61,889 nt of DNA, filler included, from Pirum gemmata (GCA_002812295.1; 21 parts of 21 records of this genome joined end to end with filler, not necessarily neighbours in it); one strand, 5' to 3'. Positions 23,838-37,632 are shown, counted from the first letter of the whole stretch. Numbers and translations: made by a program. The notes: generated by a model from the letters alone, not told the origin.

Positions 23838-25199
23838 TCGATATACAGTGTAGTAGTATGATAGTAGCTACCCGATCTATAGACAGCTAGTTCTACACAA
23901 CTATCTACACAATATTATTAGACCTTGAGGCTTGAGAACCCTGTAGTTCTCATGATTAATAAATAAACTATCATACTACAAAAAATAGGTGAGAATCAAA
24001 TGTAATCATTTTACACTCATTTTACTTCTATGTTTTCGTGTTTTGTTTGGTGAGTTATTATAATAATATTTGATGAATTTGGAAAATACTAAAATGATAG
24101 TGAAGCATTAAATACTATCATTATCATTATCATTATCATTATCATTATCATTATCATTATCATTATCATTATCATTATCATTATCATTATCATTATCATT
24201 ATCATTATCATTATCATTATCATTATCATTATCATTATCATTCATCATTATCATTATCATTTTATATATAATTTGACTCAAACTCACTTACTTTTTTAAA
24301 ATACGATAATAATAAAATTCGCCTTTTTTTTATGGCTTTTTACTCTTTTTTTTCTTTTTCTCTACTTTTTTTTAGTTCTTTTTTTCTTTTTTCTTTTGTT
24401 GTGGTGCACGTCAGGGCACGTTTTTTTCTTTTTCAGTTTTCCTAACCTGTTTTCCTGCGGCTGTGAATTTTTTCAGTTTTTTCACGGCCACTTAGTACTC
24501 ACTTAGTCTATTCTTTGATAGAAGTCATTGCTCGAAAGTGTGACTTAAACTGTTTTAGGCAATAATTAATTATTAAAATGAACTTTTAAATCTTAGCCTA
24601 ATCTTACCTATGCCTCTTTGTCCAAAACACTTTTGGTCATAATCTTAGCCTAATCTTACCTATGCCTCTTTGTCCAAAACACTTTTGGTCATAATTTTAT
24701 AGTTGACGTCTCTCCTTCATGGTTACACTTAGGTTACACTCTAGCTAGAGCTAGCTAGCTAGCTAGTAGGCATAGTCTATTAGGGCATATTACACAATTT
24801 ACACTAATCTACTACTACTAGAGTCTAGTCTAGACCCTCTAGCTAGCTAGCTAGTAGACTATCGTGTTTTTCAATAGTGTTGTAGGAGGGATGAGATGAC
24901 GTCATTTTACTAATTGAAGGCTCTGGTACCAAAAGTTCGCCAAAATGAAATTTTTGTGATTAAAATTACTTTAAATAGTATAATAGCTACTATTNNNNNN
25001 NNNNNNNNNNNNNNNNNNNNNNNNNNNNNNNNNNNTGTTGTTGGTTGTTGGTTGTTGGTTGTTGGTTGTTGGTTGTTGATTGTTGGTTGTTGGTTGTTGA
25101 TTGTTGGTTGTTGGTTGTTGGTTGTTGGTTGTTGGTTGTTGATTGTTGGCTGTTGATTGTTGGTTGTTGGTTGTTGGCTGTTGATTTTTGGTTGTTGGT

Positions 25200-25785
25200 T
25201 GTTGTTGTTGTTGGTTATTGAAATGTTTGTTGTTTGTTGTTTGTTGTTGTTTGTTGTTTGTTGTGAATTTGTTGTAAATTTGTTGTTTGCTGCTAACTGT
25301 TATAATAACGTTCGTTTTTGTTTTTGTTAACGTGTTTGAACCAGCTGGCAGCTAGCTAGTAGTATGACTATAATGATATTATATGATATGATATGATATG
25401 ATATAGACTTATAATATCATAGCTAGCTAGTAGGTAGTATGTATGATTTGGTTGTTGGTTGTTGTTGGTTGTTGGTTATTAAAATGTTTGTTGTTTGTTG
25501 TTTGTTGTTTGTTATTTGTTGTTTGTTATTTGTTGTTTGTTATTTGTTGTTTGTTGTTTGTTGTTTGTTGTGAATTTGTTGTAAATTTGTTGTTTGCTTC
25601 TAACTGTTATAATAACGTTCGGTTTTGTTTTTGTTAACGTGTTTGAACCAGCTGGCAGCTACTAGCTAGTAGACTAGTATAGCTACTAGAGTATGACTAT
25701 TATGACTATAATGATATTATATGATATGATATGATATGATATAGACTTATGATATCATAGCTATCGATAGCTAGTAGGTAGTATG
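25200..25785. repeat. Tandem segmental duplication (two copies)
   Basis: gtgaatttgttgtaaatttgttgtttgct...aacgtgtttgaaccagctggcagcta...gtaggtagtatg occurs twice. Confidence 0.9.
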
Positions 25786-26028
25786 ATAGACCCCCGTCTG
25801 TTATTCGTAATAGTATTGGTAGTGGTAGGGGAGGGGAGCATTATAACGCCAATTTCGGGTCAAATGCAGCTTCAAATACCCCTACCTACCTACCCCTTGC
25901 CGTTAATTTCCGGTCAAATACCACCTACCTACCTACCCCTTAACGTGACGTATTGTTTGAACGCTCCCTAGCTAGCTACTAGCTAGCTAGCTAGCTCTTG
26001 CGAACTAGAGAGTAGAGACTACCAATTA

Positions 26029-26153
26029 GGGAGCCAATTTCCAGTAAAGTATAGTTTCAAATACCCCTACCTACCTACCCCTTGACGTTAATTTCCGGTC
26101 AAATACTGCCTACCTACCTACCCCTTGACGTGACGTATTATTTGAACGCTCCC
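26029..26153. mobile_element. PIF/Harbinger-like (Tourist-type) MITE with TTA TSD
   Basis: TTA|GGGAGC ... TTGAACGCTCCC|TTA. Sister copies at ~25834-25968 and 45391-45536 (the latter flanked by AAA/AAA). Confidence 0.75.
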
Positions 26154-29100
26154 TTAGTTGTGCTAGGTCAGTTGNNNNNNNNNNNNNNNNNNNNNNNNNN
26201 NNNNNNNNNNNNNNNNNNTTAATTAATTAANNNNNNNNNNNNNNNNNNNNNNNNNNNNNNNNNNNNNNNNNNNNAGGGTTAGGGCTAGGGTTAGGGTTAG
26301 GGTTAGGGCTAGGGTTAGGGTTAGGGTTAGGGTTAGGTCATATGGTTATAGGCCTAGCTAGGGTTATAGGGTTAAGGCTATATGGGGTTTGGGTTTGGGC
26401 AAGGACTTTTGATTCTTTGAAGTCCTTGGTTTGGGTTAATTAAGGTTAGAGTTAGAGTTAGGGTAAGGGTTATAGGGTTATAGGGTTACAACTTACCAGG
26501 GTAGGGTTAGGAGCATAATACTTCGGAAATAGGATTATTAGACATCAACACTAACTGTTTTTGTTAATTAAATATCATATTATACAACTGATGATTTTTT
26601 AAATCCTGGAGACGGATTATACCATATATCAAGGACTTCAATTTGAAGTCCTTCTTAATAGTATTATACGTATGATAACGATCCATCAACAACCCATTAC
26701 CAATACTTTCTTCTATTGATATCCATATCATAATATTATCATAGCTAGTAGCTAGTAGCCTACTTCCCTAATAAAAGTTCACTCTCTTCTATACTATGAT
26801 AATATGATGAACATGATAATAAATTTATAATAATATATCGATAGTCGTTAGAAGATGTAACTTAGATAATAATAATACTATTAATTATAATATCGATAAT
26901 AATTATTAATTATCATAATCTAATTATGATAATTATTATCAACTAATATAGTATCAAGTTTTGCTTATCCGGTATTAGACTACCGGTATCTGATATCGGT
27001 ATAATAATACTTTGTCACTTATCAATCATAACAATAAATTCGCGGCTAAAGTTTTCCTGCTGTTATCATAATATTAGTATTCGACTAGTATTCGATACAC
27101 AAATAGTGCGGGGAATTAGTCTAAACGAATGTATTCGATTACTGAGTTTTCGATCTAGAGTTTTCGATCTGATATATCGATGACTAGCTATGAAATGATT
27201 ATGATATTATCGATATGATAATTATGATATCGATATCGATAGCTACTAGCTAGACTCTACACTGACACTACCGGTCTAGCTCTACCGGTAGACCTAGGTC
27301 TATAGCCCTGTCTATAGCCAGGAACTTAATAAGGACATATCATACCAAATTATTATTATGATTAAACTATCAGACATGATTTGATTAATTGGGTATTTTA
27401 TACTTAAAAATGTTGAATGTTATAAACAATTCAATTGTACTCTTTTAATTAAATATTACCAAATTAACGATTGAGAGGACAACTGAAATGAAATATATCG
27501 GTAGTCTCTAGCTAGTAGTATGATATTGGAATAGTGATCTGAGGATAAACGTCTATATAATATCATTCTGATATATTATAATACGGTATTAAAATATCAA
27601 GGGCCTTGCCTTTGATTACGTAGGTTTTGTAACAGTACAAGACTCATGGTTGGCGTAGTGTTGGCGTCCATGGCTATGCAGCCTATACTCAGCCTATGCC
27701 GTATTGGGTGAGTGCTGTCATGGTGTTCACAACTTGACACAGGCACAGTGACTCCAGCTACTAGTAGCTAGTTAGTGTAGAGTCTATCATAGATTCATAG
27801 TCTCTAGCTAGTAGTAGGTATGATAGTAAGTAGTCTTGTTTTGACTTATCGATACGGTATTATTATCGCATAGACCACTATACAAATTATATACCAGTAA
27901 TCAAAAAAAACTAAGAACAAAAAAAATTATCATACCCAGTATCATAAATCAGCGCTGTTCTTCAGAGAAAAAACGCGATATTTTCACGGCAACCTAAAGA
28001 AGTTCTTTAGGTGGCGAGGAAATTGTATGAAAACCGCAAACTTTCGTAAGAATTATCCGATCCGATATGATAAGAGTCATAAGACAGTGGCACTTCGATC
28101 ATACACCAAAAGACTACCAAAAGTATTTATATATTATCTGGCTGATAGCTAAAACAAGTATTTATGATACGGTTGATACCAGCAACACTATGATATGTAA
28201 TATATCAAAGACTTATATCAAGGACTTGGATTATAATGAATATGATAATAGTCTTATCGATAGTAGGCTGGCTATAGCTAGCTAGCTACCTATGATAGAT
28301 ATTTCCATATTAAGACATAATTTCCAAAAAAAGATTTTAAACTATATATGGCTTCTTTATATTTTAAAAAGGTAACCTCGTCTACAACATACCAGTATTA
28401 GACTTCGCCGAATTCTGCCCGGGCAGAATTTGGCCTTTTTCGAGAAATGGCAGAATGGTGTTTTTCCTCTCTAACTCGATCAAAAATTAATTTTTTTAAA
28501 AAAAAAAAAAAANTACCACTATAAAAATATAAGCGCGAAATTTTCGAACCTATGTATTTATTAATAAACTCGAAAATATTAATTTCGAACAGACCAAACT
28601 GACCCGAAATTCTGCTCGGCAGAAATCGAGCTTTTCGGGGCAGAAGGCAGAAGCAGAAAGTCGAGTTTTTTAGGGGCAGAATTCGCTAGTAATAGCTAGC
28701 TACCGGTAGGTGCTTTTATACAACAAAGAGTACCAAATTAATACTCTATAAAACCATTTCATTTAATTTGGTATATTTTATTATCTATTTATTCATTTAA
28801 AAGTATCAGCTCAAATATTATAACCAACCAAATAAATATTCAGAGTGACAAGATAATAGACCTAGCTAGAATTTAGATTGGTATTATCATAGTATTGTCC
28901 ATAGTATTAGTATTATTAGTATTAGGTTATCATATTATTATTAGCATCATATTATTATTATTATTATNNNNNNNNNNNNNNNNNNNNNNNNNNNNNNNNN
29001 NNNNNNNNNNNTTAATTAATTAANNNNNNNNNNNNNNNNNNNNNNNNNNNNNNNNNNNNNNNNNNNNCGGACTTACAAAAAATTTGAAACAATTTGAGAT

Positions 29101-29365
29101 ACTGTTATGTATAAGTTGCGTCCACCATACAACAATACAAAACAATACAACAATACAAAACAATACAACAATACAAAACAATACCAAACAATACGAAACA
29201 ATACAAAACAATACGAAACAATACAAAACAATACGAAACAATACAACAATACAACAATACAGTAATTATATTTATATTGCATCATATATAATATTATAAC
29301 ATTATGCTGTAATATAATACATTATTTATACTAATTTTTTCAAAAAATTAATAGTTATGATTTAG

Positions 29366-30063
29366 GATTGGTACCCACTACAGCGCTGATAAATAACCAA
29401 CACCAGGATATCATAAACCAGGACACAAAACTAAGAAAAAAATCCAGCGCAAAAGCATTAGAATTACGATTTTTTTGTAATTTTACTGAAGAAGAATTTT
29501 TTGGTGAAAATAACGAAAACAACAACAACAATAAGAATAAGAATAACAATAACAACAACAATACTAACAATAACAACCATAACAATAACAACAATAATAA
29601 TACTAATTATAATAATACTCACAATAATAATAATAATAATAATGTAGAAAAAGAAGATAAATACAATCATAATAACAATAACAATAACAATAACAATAAC
29701 AATAACAATAACAATGCTAATAATAATAATAATAATAGTTCAAGAAACGTTAGCCCATTATTACCTTTAAATTTTTCTACGAGTGATATCCACTATATAC
29801 CTAACGACCACAAAAATAATGATAATGATTATTATGATTATGACCATGATGATGATAATAATAATGACTACGAAAACTGGAATAACTACAAAAGGAAAGC
29901 GTCCAGCGACTTAACTACCACTTTAAGAGAAATGGCCCAATCACCAGAATCTAGGATGTTAATTAGAAGTATTTATAACGCCCAAACCTCTACTTCTCCT
30001 CTAATGGGATTGCAGAAAAAAGCTAGAGCTATGTCATTCGAAAAATTGAATGATGGTATACCT

Positions 30064-30104
<41 letters not shown>

Positions 30105-30691
30105 CGATGATGATAATAATGATAAAGAGGATAGTGATAACATGATGCCTTTATCTCGTACAGTTGGTTTTTTCCCATCCAACGCTCAATCTTTACCTTC
30201 TTTACTTGGAAGTAATGATAATCTTCAAAATAATAATAATCATCATCATAATCATAACCATAATAATAATAATAATAATCATAATCATAATCATAGTAAT
30301 AGTAATAGTAATAGAATGATATCAAAAACTTATTCTTTACCTATGTCTGGTACTATAGCCAATGAATTTGTCAATACACCGTCTTTAACCAATTCAACTT
30401 CGTTTCCAACAAAATCATTGAGCAATGACTATTTTCCAGGACTAAATAGTAGTACTAATTTACAATCAACACCATCACTTAATCCTCAACCACAATTTCA
30501 TACTTCTCAATTTTCAATTCAACAAACATCCCCTCAACTAACACTAGCACAAACATCACCTGTTTTAAACATCTATTCTCAGCCACCACCACCCACACCA
30601 CAACAACCACAACCACAACCACAACTACAACCACAATCAAACTATTCTCCGAATTTTCAACATCAATATCAGCCTCAATATCACCATCCCC

Positions 30692-30730
<39 letters not shown>

Positions 30731-30829
30731 ATCATCATACATTAAACATAAATACACAGCAACAACACCCACCACCACCACCACCACCACCACAACAACA
30801 ACAACAACAACAACATCATCATCATCACC

Positions 30830-30876
<47 letters not shown>

Positions 30877-31350
30877 CCTCGACAACAACAACAACCTCGA
30901 CAACAGCCTCAATACTTTCCTCAATTCGGAAACCCTAGACTATACAATGCTTCTTCTCGTCATCAATACAGACAGCAACCCTTATCAATCATACCCAAAC
31001 AACCCATGAGTTCGATGCCAATGTTACCCAACTTCAATAATATACATAACAAATATGATAAGAAATACAATGTGTGTATAGATCAAAAAAGATATTTACA
31101 CAATATTTTAGAAAGAAAACGTCGAGAAGATTTGAAGGGGATTTTTGATAATTTAGCTAATGAAATACCGGGTTTAGAAACCAAAGCAGCTAAGGTTGCA
31201 GTTCTGACTAAAGCAATCTCGTACATCACAGAACTAAAAGGAAAAGAACAAGAATTAGCACGCAAAAAAGAAAAAGAGCAATTAGAAAATGAAAAATTAT
31301 TAAAAAGAATTGAAGCTTTAAAATTATCAGTGGTCACTGCTGCTGCATAA
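29366..31350 (+). CDS. Myc-like bHLH-ZIP transcription factor with poly-N/poly-Q tracts (probable terminal exon)
   Basis: C-terminal KRYLHNILERKRREDLKGIFDNLANEIPGLETKAAKVAVLTKAISYITELK plus leucine zipper matches the Myc/Max/Mad-network basic HNxLERxRR and KAxKVxIL motifs. An acceptor ttag| is at 29365. Confidence 0.82.
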
Positions 31351-32057
31351 GTTGTTGTAGTAATAGTAATAGTAATAGTAATACTAATAGTAATAGTAAT
31401 AGTCATTGTAATAGTAATTGTAATTGTAATTGTAATTGTAATTGTAACTGTAGTTGTAACTGTAATTGTAATTGTAATTGTAATTGTAATTGTAATTGTA
31501 GTAGTAGTAGTAGTAGTAGTAATTGTAATAGTAATAGTAATAGTAATAGTAATATAAATACATGCCAATGTCAACGCTTTATTTTTATATTATAATCTAT
31601 GATAAATAATAATAAATAACTTATGAAAACTATTAATTAATCCACCAACCATCAACTAATTTAAAAAACTCTTCATTTTTTTTTTGTAGATGGCTAATCA
31701 GTAATCATATTCCGTAAAGGTTAGGGTTAGGGTTGGAGTTAGGGTTAGGGTTAGGGTTAGGGTTAGGGTTAGAGTTAGGGTTNNNNNNNNNNNNNNNNNN
31801 NNNNNNNNNNNNNNNNNNNNNNNNNNTTAATTAATTAANNNNNNNNNNNNNNNNNNNNNNNNNNNNNNNNNNNNNNNNNNNNAGCACCACTAGCACCAGC
31901 ACCAACACCAGCACCAACACCACGACCACCCACGACCACCCACCAACAAAAACAGCAACAAAAACAGCAACAAAAACAGCAACAAAAACAGCAACAAAAA
32001 CAGCAACAACAACCACACCAAAGCCAACATCACATCACCATCACCATCATAACACTA

Positions 32058-32192
32058 TCAAGCAATGAAAGTAGCTAAAGTAAAATAGCAACTTTCTAGT
32101 AAGAAATTTCTACTGGCATCACATTGTTTAGTAATAATGAAGTGATCAAATACTGCGAACAGCTGAAATTGGCTTTTACCACAGACGATATC
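32058..32192 (-). CDS. Possible terminal exon, unknown product
   Basis: aacaacag acceptor, 45 codons DIVCGKSQFQLFAVFDHFIITKQCDASRNFLLESCYFTLATFIA-TGA. Confidence 0.3.
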   Translation of the reverse strand, partial: DIVCGKSQFQLFAVFDHFIITKQCDASRNFLLESCYFTLATFIA

Positions 32193-33289
32193 CTGTTGTT
32201 TTCCAAAACAAACAAACAAAAAACAAAACAAAAAAACAAAAAAAAAAAAACAAAAAAAAAAACAAAAAAAAGTATGTTACTTTTTTTTCATTTTTTTTTT
32301 TTTTTTTGAGAAAAATATGTTGTTTTCATAATATACTGTTTGTGGAATTTTGATGTTTTAGTCGTTGATCCGGTTGGGGGTTGAGTTTTTATCATTATTG
32401 ACATATTGTTTTTTATTCATTTTTTTTTTATTGGTTTATTTCTATTGTTCTTTTTTTTGATGTTTCAAAGAATTTTCATTGTTTTTCCTTAATTAACAAT
32501 TTTTAATTCGGCTGCATCAATAATGGCAATAACTACGATTGATAATAGAAAACAAGAATTACGATAGTAATAATAATATTGATTAGGAAATAATAATAAT
32601 AATAGTAATAATAATAATAATAATAATAATGTTAATATTGATGATGGTGAAAATTATGATAAGGGTAAAGATAATAATATTTAAAATGTTGATGATAATT
32701 ACTGTAAAAAATTGACTGAGAAAGAAAGAGTGATTGGAGGATATATATGTGTTTTTAATGAATGGTTCGCTGAGGAATTTTAATTTTTGTATCTCTTAGA
32801 CAGTTGGTTTATTATTTTTTTAAATTTGATTTGTCCATTTTGCTTATTTATGATTTATAATTTATGATTTATGATTTATGATTTATGATTTGTGGTTGAT
32901 GATGATTGATGATTAATGGGTTATGATTTATGATTATGATTTATGATTAAGATATATGATAAGTAATTCATTTTTCATTTATCGCCTATTAATCATTTAT
33001 CATTTATCATTTATCATTTATTATTTATTATTTGTGCATCATATATCATTTAACATTTAACATTTAACATTTAACATTTAACATTTAACATTTAACATTT
33101 AACATTTAACATTTAACATTTAACATTTAACATTTAACATTTAACATTTAACATTTAACNGGCGATGGTGGTGATGGTGGCGATGGTGGTGATGGTGGCG
33201 ATGGTGGTGATGGTGGCGATGGTGGCGATGGCGATGGTGGTGATGGCGATGGCGATGGCGATGGTGGTGATGGCGATGGTGTTTTCTTG

Positions 33290-33513
33290 ATGATGGTGGA
33301 GCTATTGGTGATACTGTGGTTGTGCTGCTGCTTCTGCTGCTATCAGTATTGGTGTTTTTAGTGTTATTGTTGATGTTATTGGATGTGGTGGTGGTGGTGT
33401 CATTGGTACACTGGTGGTGCGTTTCGGTGCGCTGATGGATGTTTTGATGTTGGTATAAAGTTTGCAAAAGTTCATTTGTGTAGGTTAAGATGTTCTGGAA
33501 TGTTGGTCGTGGA
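33290..33513 (-). CDS. Exon beginning with a kinase-subdomain-XI-like RPTF motif
   Basis: Branch-like ctaat plus aaacag acceptor; reads PRPTFQNILTYTNELLQTLYQHQ...; the 3' end is uncertain. Confidence 0.4.
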
Positions 33514-34511
33514 CTGTTTGGTGATTAGAATGGATGGCCGTGGTTGATTAGTTGCTTGGTTGATTGGTTGATTGGTTGATTGGTTGATCTGATGGTTCGC
33601 ACTTAGTTGCTAAATGCTTGCTTGTTTGCTTATTAGTATTCTTACTACTTTACTATATTTATAATAATACAGAGCACATTGATTTTAGCCTAAAATTTTC
33701 GTATTTGACAACTAGTTGCAGCAAAAAAACAACATGCATAGTATCAAAAAATTTCTAGCTTGAATTTCAGAAAACAACACTACTTTTTTTTACTTGGTTA
33801 CAATGGTGTTTTCTATCGTGTTTATACTACATATGGTCAAAACGAAGGGGGTGGTTGAAGCTAGATAGGTATTAACTTAACGTATGAAAAAATGCATATC
33901 ATTATAATTTTAATAATGAAATGAAAATTATAATGGTACAACAATATGATGATGATGATGTTGATGATTGATGATTGATGATTGATGATGTTGATGTTGA
34001 TGATTGATTATTGATGATGATGATTAATGATGATGATGATGATGATTTGATGATTTGATGATTTGATGATGATGATTGATGATGATTGATGATGATGATT
34101 GATGATGATTGATGATTGATGATTGATGATTGATTGATGATTGATGATTGATGATTGATTGATGATTGATTGATGATTGATTGATGATTGATTGATTGAT
34201 TGATTGATGATGATGCAACCAACCCCTCTCAAATTCAATAAAACCATATCCGCCCCTTCTCCCTACCTACCTTAACCCCCCCCCCACCACCACCAAACAA
34301 AAAAAATAAATAAATAAAAATAAAAGATTTCCGTAACTAAATCCTTAAACCCCCCATGCAGCTACAATGCTTGACAGATATCCCACTAAGTAATGACATC
34401 CAAAAGTTTTATACTTCATACTTTCTAATATTATTGGTATAGTTTAATCGATATCATAATAATAATTATTTTTAATATTATCATTATTATTATTATACTT
34501 ATTATTATTAT

Positions 34512-34550
<39 letters not shown>

Positions 34551-34723
34551 GATCATCATTCTCATTCTCATTATCATTCTCATTCTCATTATCATTCTCA
34601 TTATCATTATTAATATCATTATTGTTATTATTATTATTATTGTTATTAGTATCATCAACATTCATCATTATTATCATTACTATTATCATTATCATAATAA
34701 TAATTATTATGCTTATTTATTAC

Positions 34724-34924
34724 CTGATTCTGCAAACGCGTGTTCAATTGGGATGTTGTATGTTATGGACGTATACTCTTCAAATGACATTCCATATATA
34801 AATTCATATTCAGATTGAAGTCTTGATTTTTTCATTTCGAGCTTGTTTTTAACATATTGAAAGGTATCCTGCATTTGCAAACTGGCAATAAAAGGATATT
34901 CATTTTTATCCAACACACTTTGAC
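34724..34924 (-). CDS. Symmetric phase-1 internal exon; starts with a trypsin-like GQSVLDKNEYPFIASLQ
   Basis: tgcag acceptor, cag|gtaata donor, 201 nt open. Confidence 0.5.
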
Positions 34925-36244
34925 CTGCATTGTTATCGTTATCGTTGTTGTTGTTATTATTGTTATGGTTATTGTTATGGTTATTGTTATTGTTATTGTT
35001 ATGGTTATGGTTATGGTTATGGTTATGGTTATGGTTATGGTTATGGTTATGGTTATGGTTATGGTTATGGTTATGGTTATGGTTATGGTTATGGTTATGG
35101 TTATGGTTATGGTTATTATTTTATTTTATCGCTATTGCTATTGCTATTTTTTCATTGTTATTGTTTTATTGCTATTGCTATTGTTTTATTATTATTATTA
35201 TGTTGTAATTGTAATTGTAATTGTAGTTGTTAATGTTATTTTATTTTATTTTTATTGTTAACATATTGTTATTGTTATTGTTATTGTTATTGTTATTGTT
35301 ATTGTTATTGTTATTGTTATTGTTATTGTTTTAAAGCGTTATTGTTATTGTTATTGTTAATGTTATTGTTATTGTTATTGTTATTGTTATTGTTATTGCT
35401 ACTAAAAATACATTGTAAATAATTTAATATTTGCTAATAATAAGTCAATGCGTTGATTGAACTAATTGATTCAATGACACGATAAGTTGATTTTTTTGTT
35501 ATTTTTATTTTTATTGTTATTGTTATTGTTATTGTTATTGTTATTGTTATTGTTATTGTTATTGCTATTGCTATTGTTATTAATATTGTTATTGTTATTG
35601 TTATTGTTATTGTTATTGTTATTGTTATTGTTATTGCTATTGTTATTGTTATTGTTATTGTTATTGTTAAAATGTTATTGTTATTAATATTGTTATTGTT
35701 ATTGTTATTGTTATTNNNNNNNNNNNNNNNNNNNNNNNNNNNNNNNNNNNNNNNNNNNNTTAATTAATTAANNNNNNNNNNNNNNNNNNNNNNNNNNNNN
35801 NNNNNNNNNNNNNNNAATGGGTGTATATTGTATTAATTTGGTACTATTTATTGTATATTTTATGATGACAAAACAAATGAAAAGCACTGTAAAAGAACAA
35901 AATCAAGCAACAGGGCAATGATCAAGCATAAATTTAAAGTATGTACTACTATTATTAATTAATAATACTACTACTACTATTATTATTTTTATTACTTTAC
36001 TAGCTTCTTTATTATTAATACTACTACTATTAATACTACTACTACTCTAGGTACTACTACTACTACTACTACTACTACTCTAGGTACTACTACTACTACT
36101 ACTACTACTAATATAGCTACTACTACTACCACAAATACTATAGCTACTACTACTACTACTACTACTACTATATAGCTACTACTACTACTACTCAACAACA
36201 ACAACAACAACTATAGCTACTACTACTATTACTACTACTGCTAT

Positions 36245-36279
<35 letters not shown>

Positions 36280-36456
36280 TTACTACTATTAATACTACTA
36301 CTACTACTACTATCACTGATACTACCATAGCTATTACTACAACTACAACTACTACTACTACTACTACTACTACTGCTACTACTACTGCTGCTGCTACTAC
36401 TGTTACTACTACTACTACTACTACTACTATGATACTACTACTATTAAAAAACTTTA

Positions 36457-36491
<35 letters not shown>

Positions 36492-36933
36492 TAATTATAG
36501 TATTATTACTACAAATTAATACACATCCTAACAGTACTACTACTTCTATTAAATAGTTTGATTAAAAGGAATTATCATAAATTTTATTTTCAGAAGTCAG
36601 TAATTCATTAGTTTCGATAATTTTAATTTTAAAATATTTAGTTTGTATGATAATTAAGAATGTAAACACTCATATTATTAACATCAGTATCATAGCACAT
36701 ATATAGACGTCGACGTTAATATGAGATATATATAGACATTAATTAATATGAGTATTTACATTCTTTTAAATAGTCTTTAGAGACTATTTAAGAATGTAAA
36801 TACTCATATTATTAACGTCTATATTATGATATAATATAATATATCTACGTATTTAAAATCTAGTGATAATTATGTATATTATAAGATAATAATTATTTTG
36901 AAATGTTTTCTTTTTATTTCAAGTTTCTCTTTC

Positions 36934-36986
<53 letters not shown>

Positions 36987-37442
36987 GGTGTCGATTAGTT
37001 ATCCAGTTATATATCATGAATCCATGATTCCATGGGCAGTGACGGTTCATGCAGATGATTCGTGTAAAGTTTTCTAAAATATATTATTAGTCAGAGTTTA
37101 GACAATCATAAAAAACCAATGATATAGAGGGGATTAAAAAAGGGTGGTAACCCACAAACCCAAAGTAAAAAATCACAAAACAATCATTACCTTTATTAGC
37201 TATAGGCTTTATTAAATTTTGATGTTCATGTTTTAGTTGTTTGAAATTTTAATCAAACAGAATCGAAGTTATCGAACTGTTATCATAGTTCTATCACTTA
37301 TGGAGTTGGTTCAGGTAGGTATATAGCTAGGCTTTCTTTTTATTTTAAACGCTCATAGACTAATTACTTTTTATTTTTTAAAAACACTCATAATTATCTA
37401 CATTACTATTGCTGCTATGAACATGCTTATTATTATAGACTA

Positions 37443-37632
37443 TAGCACTTTTCATTTATTTTGTCACTCCGAATATTTATTTGGTTGGTTATAATTTTTT
37501 AATTGACATTCTTAAATGAATAAATAAATAATAAAATATACCAAATTAAATGAAATGGATTTATATTGTATAATAATTATTTGGTACTCTTTATTTCATA
37601 TTTTATGATGACAAAACAACTGAAAAGCACGA
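37443..37632. mobile_element. MITE family A copy (190 bp, TA TSD)
   Basis: TA|TAGCACTTTTCATTTATTTTGTCA ... TGACAAAACAACTGAAAAGCACGA|TA. Confidence 0.9.
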
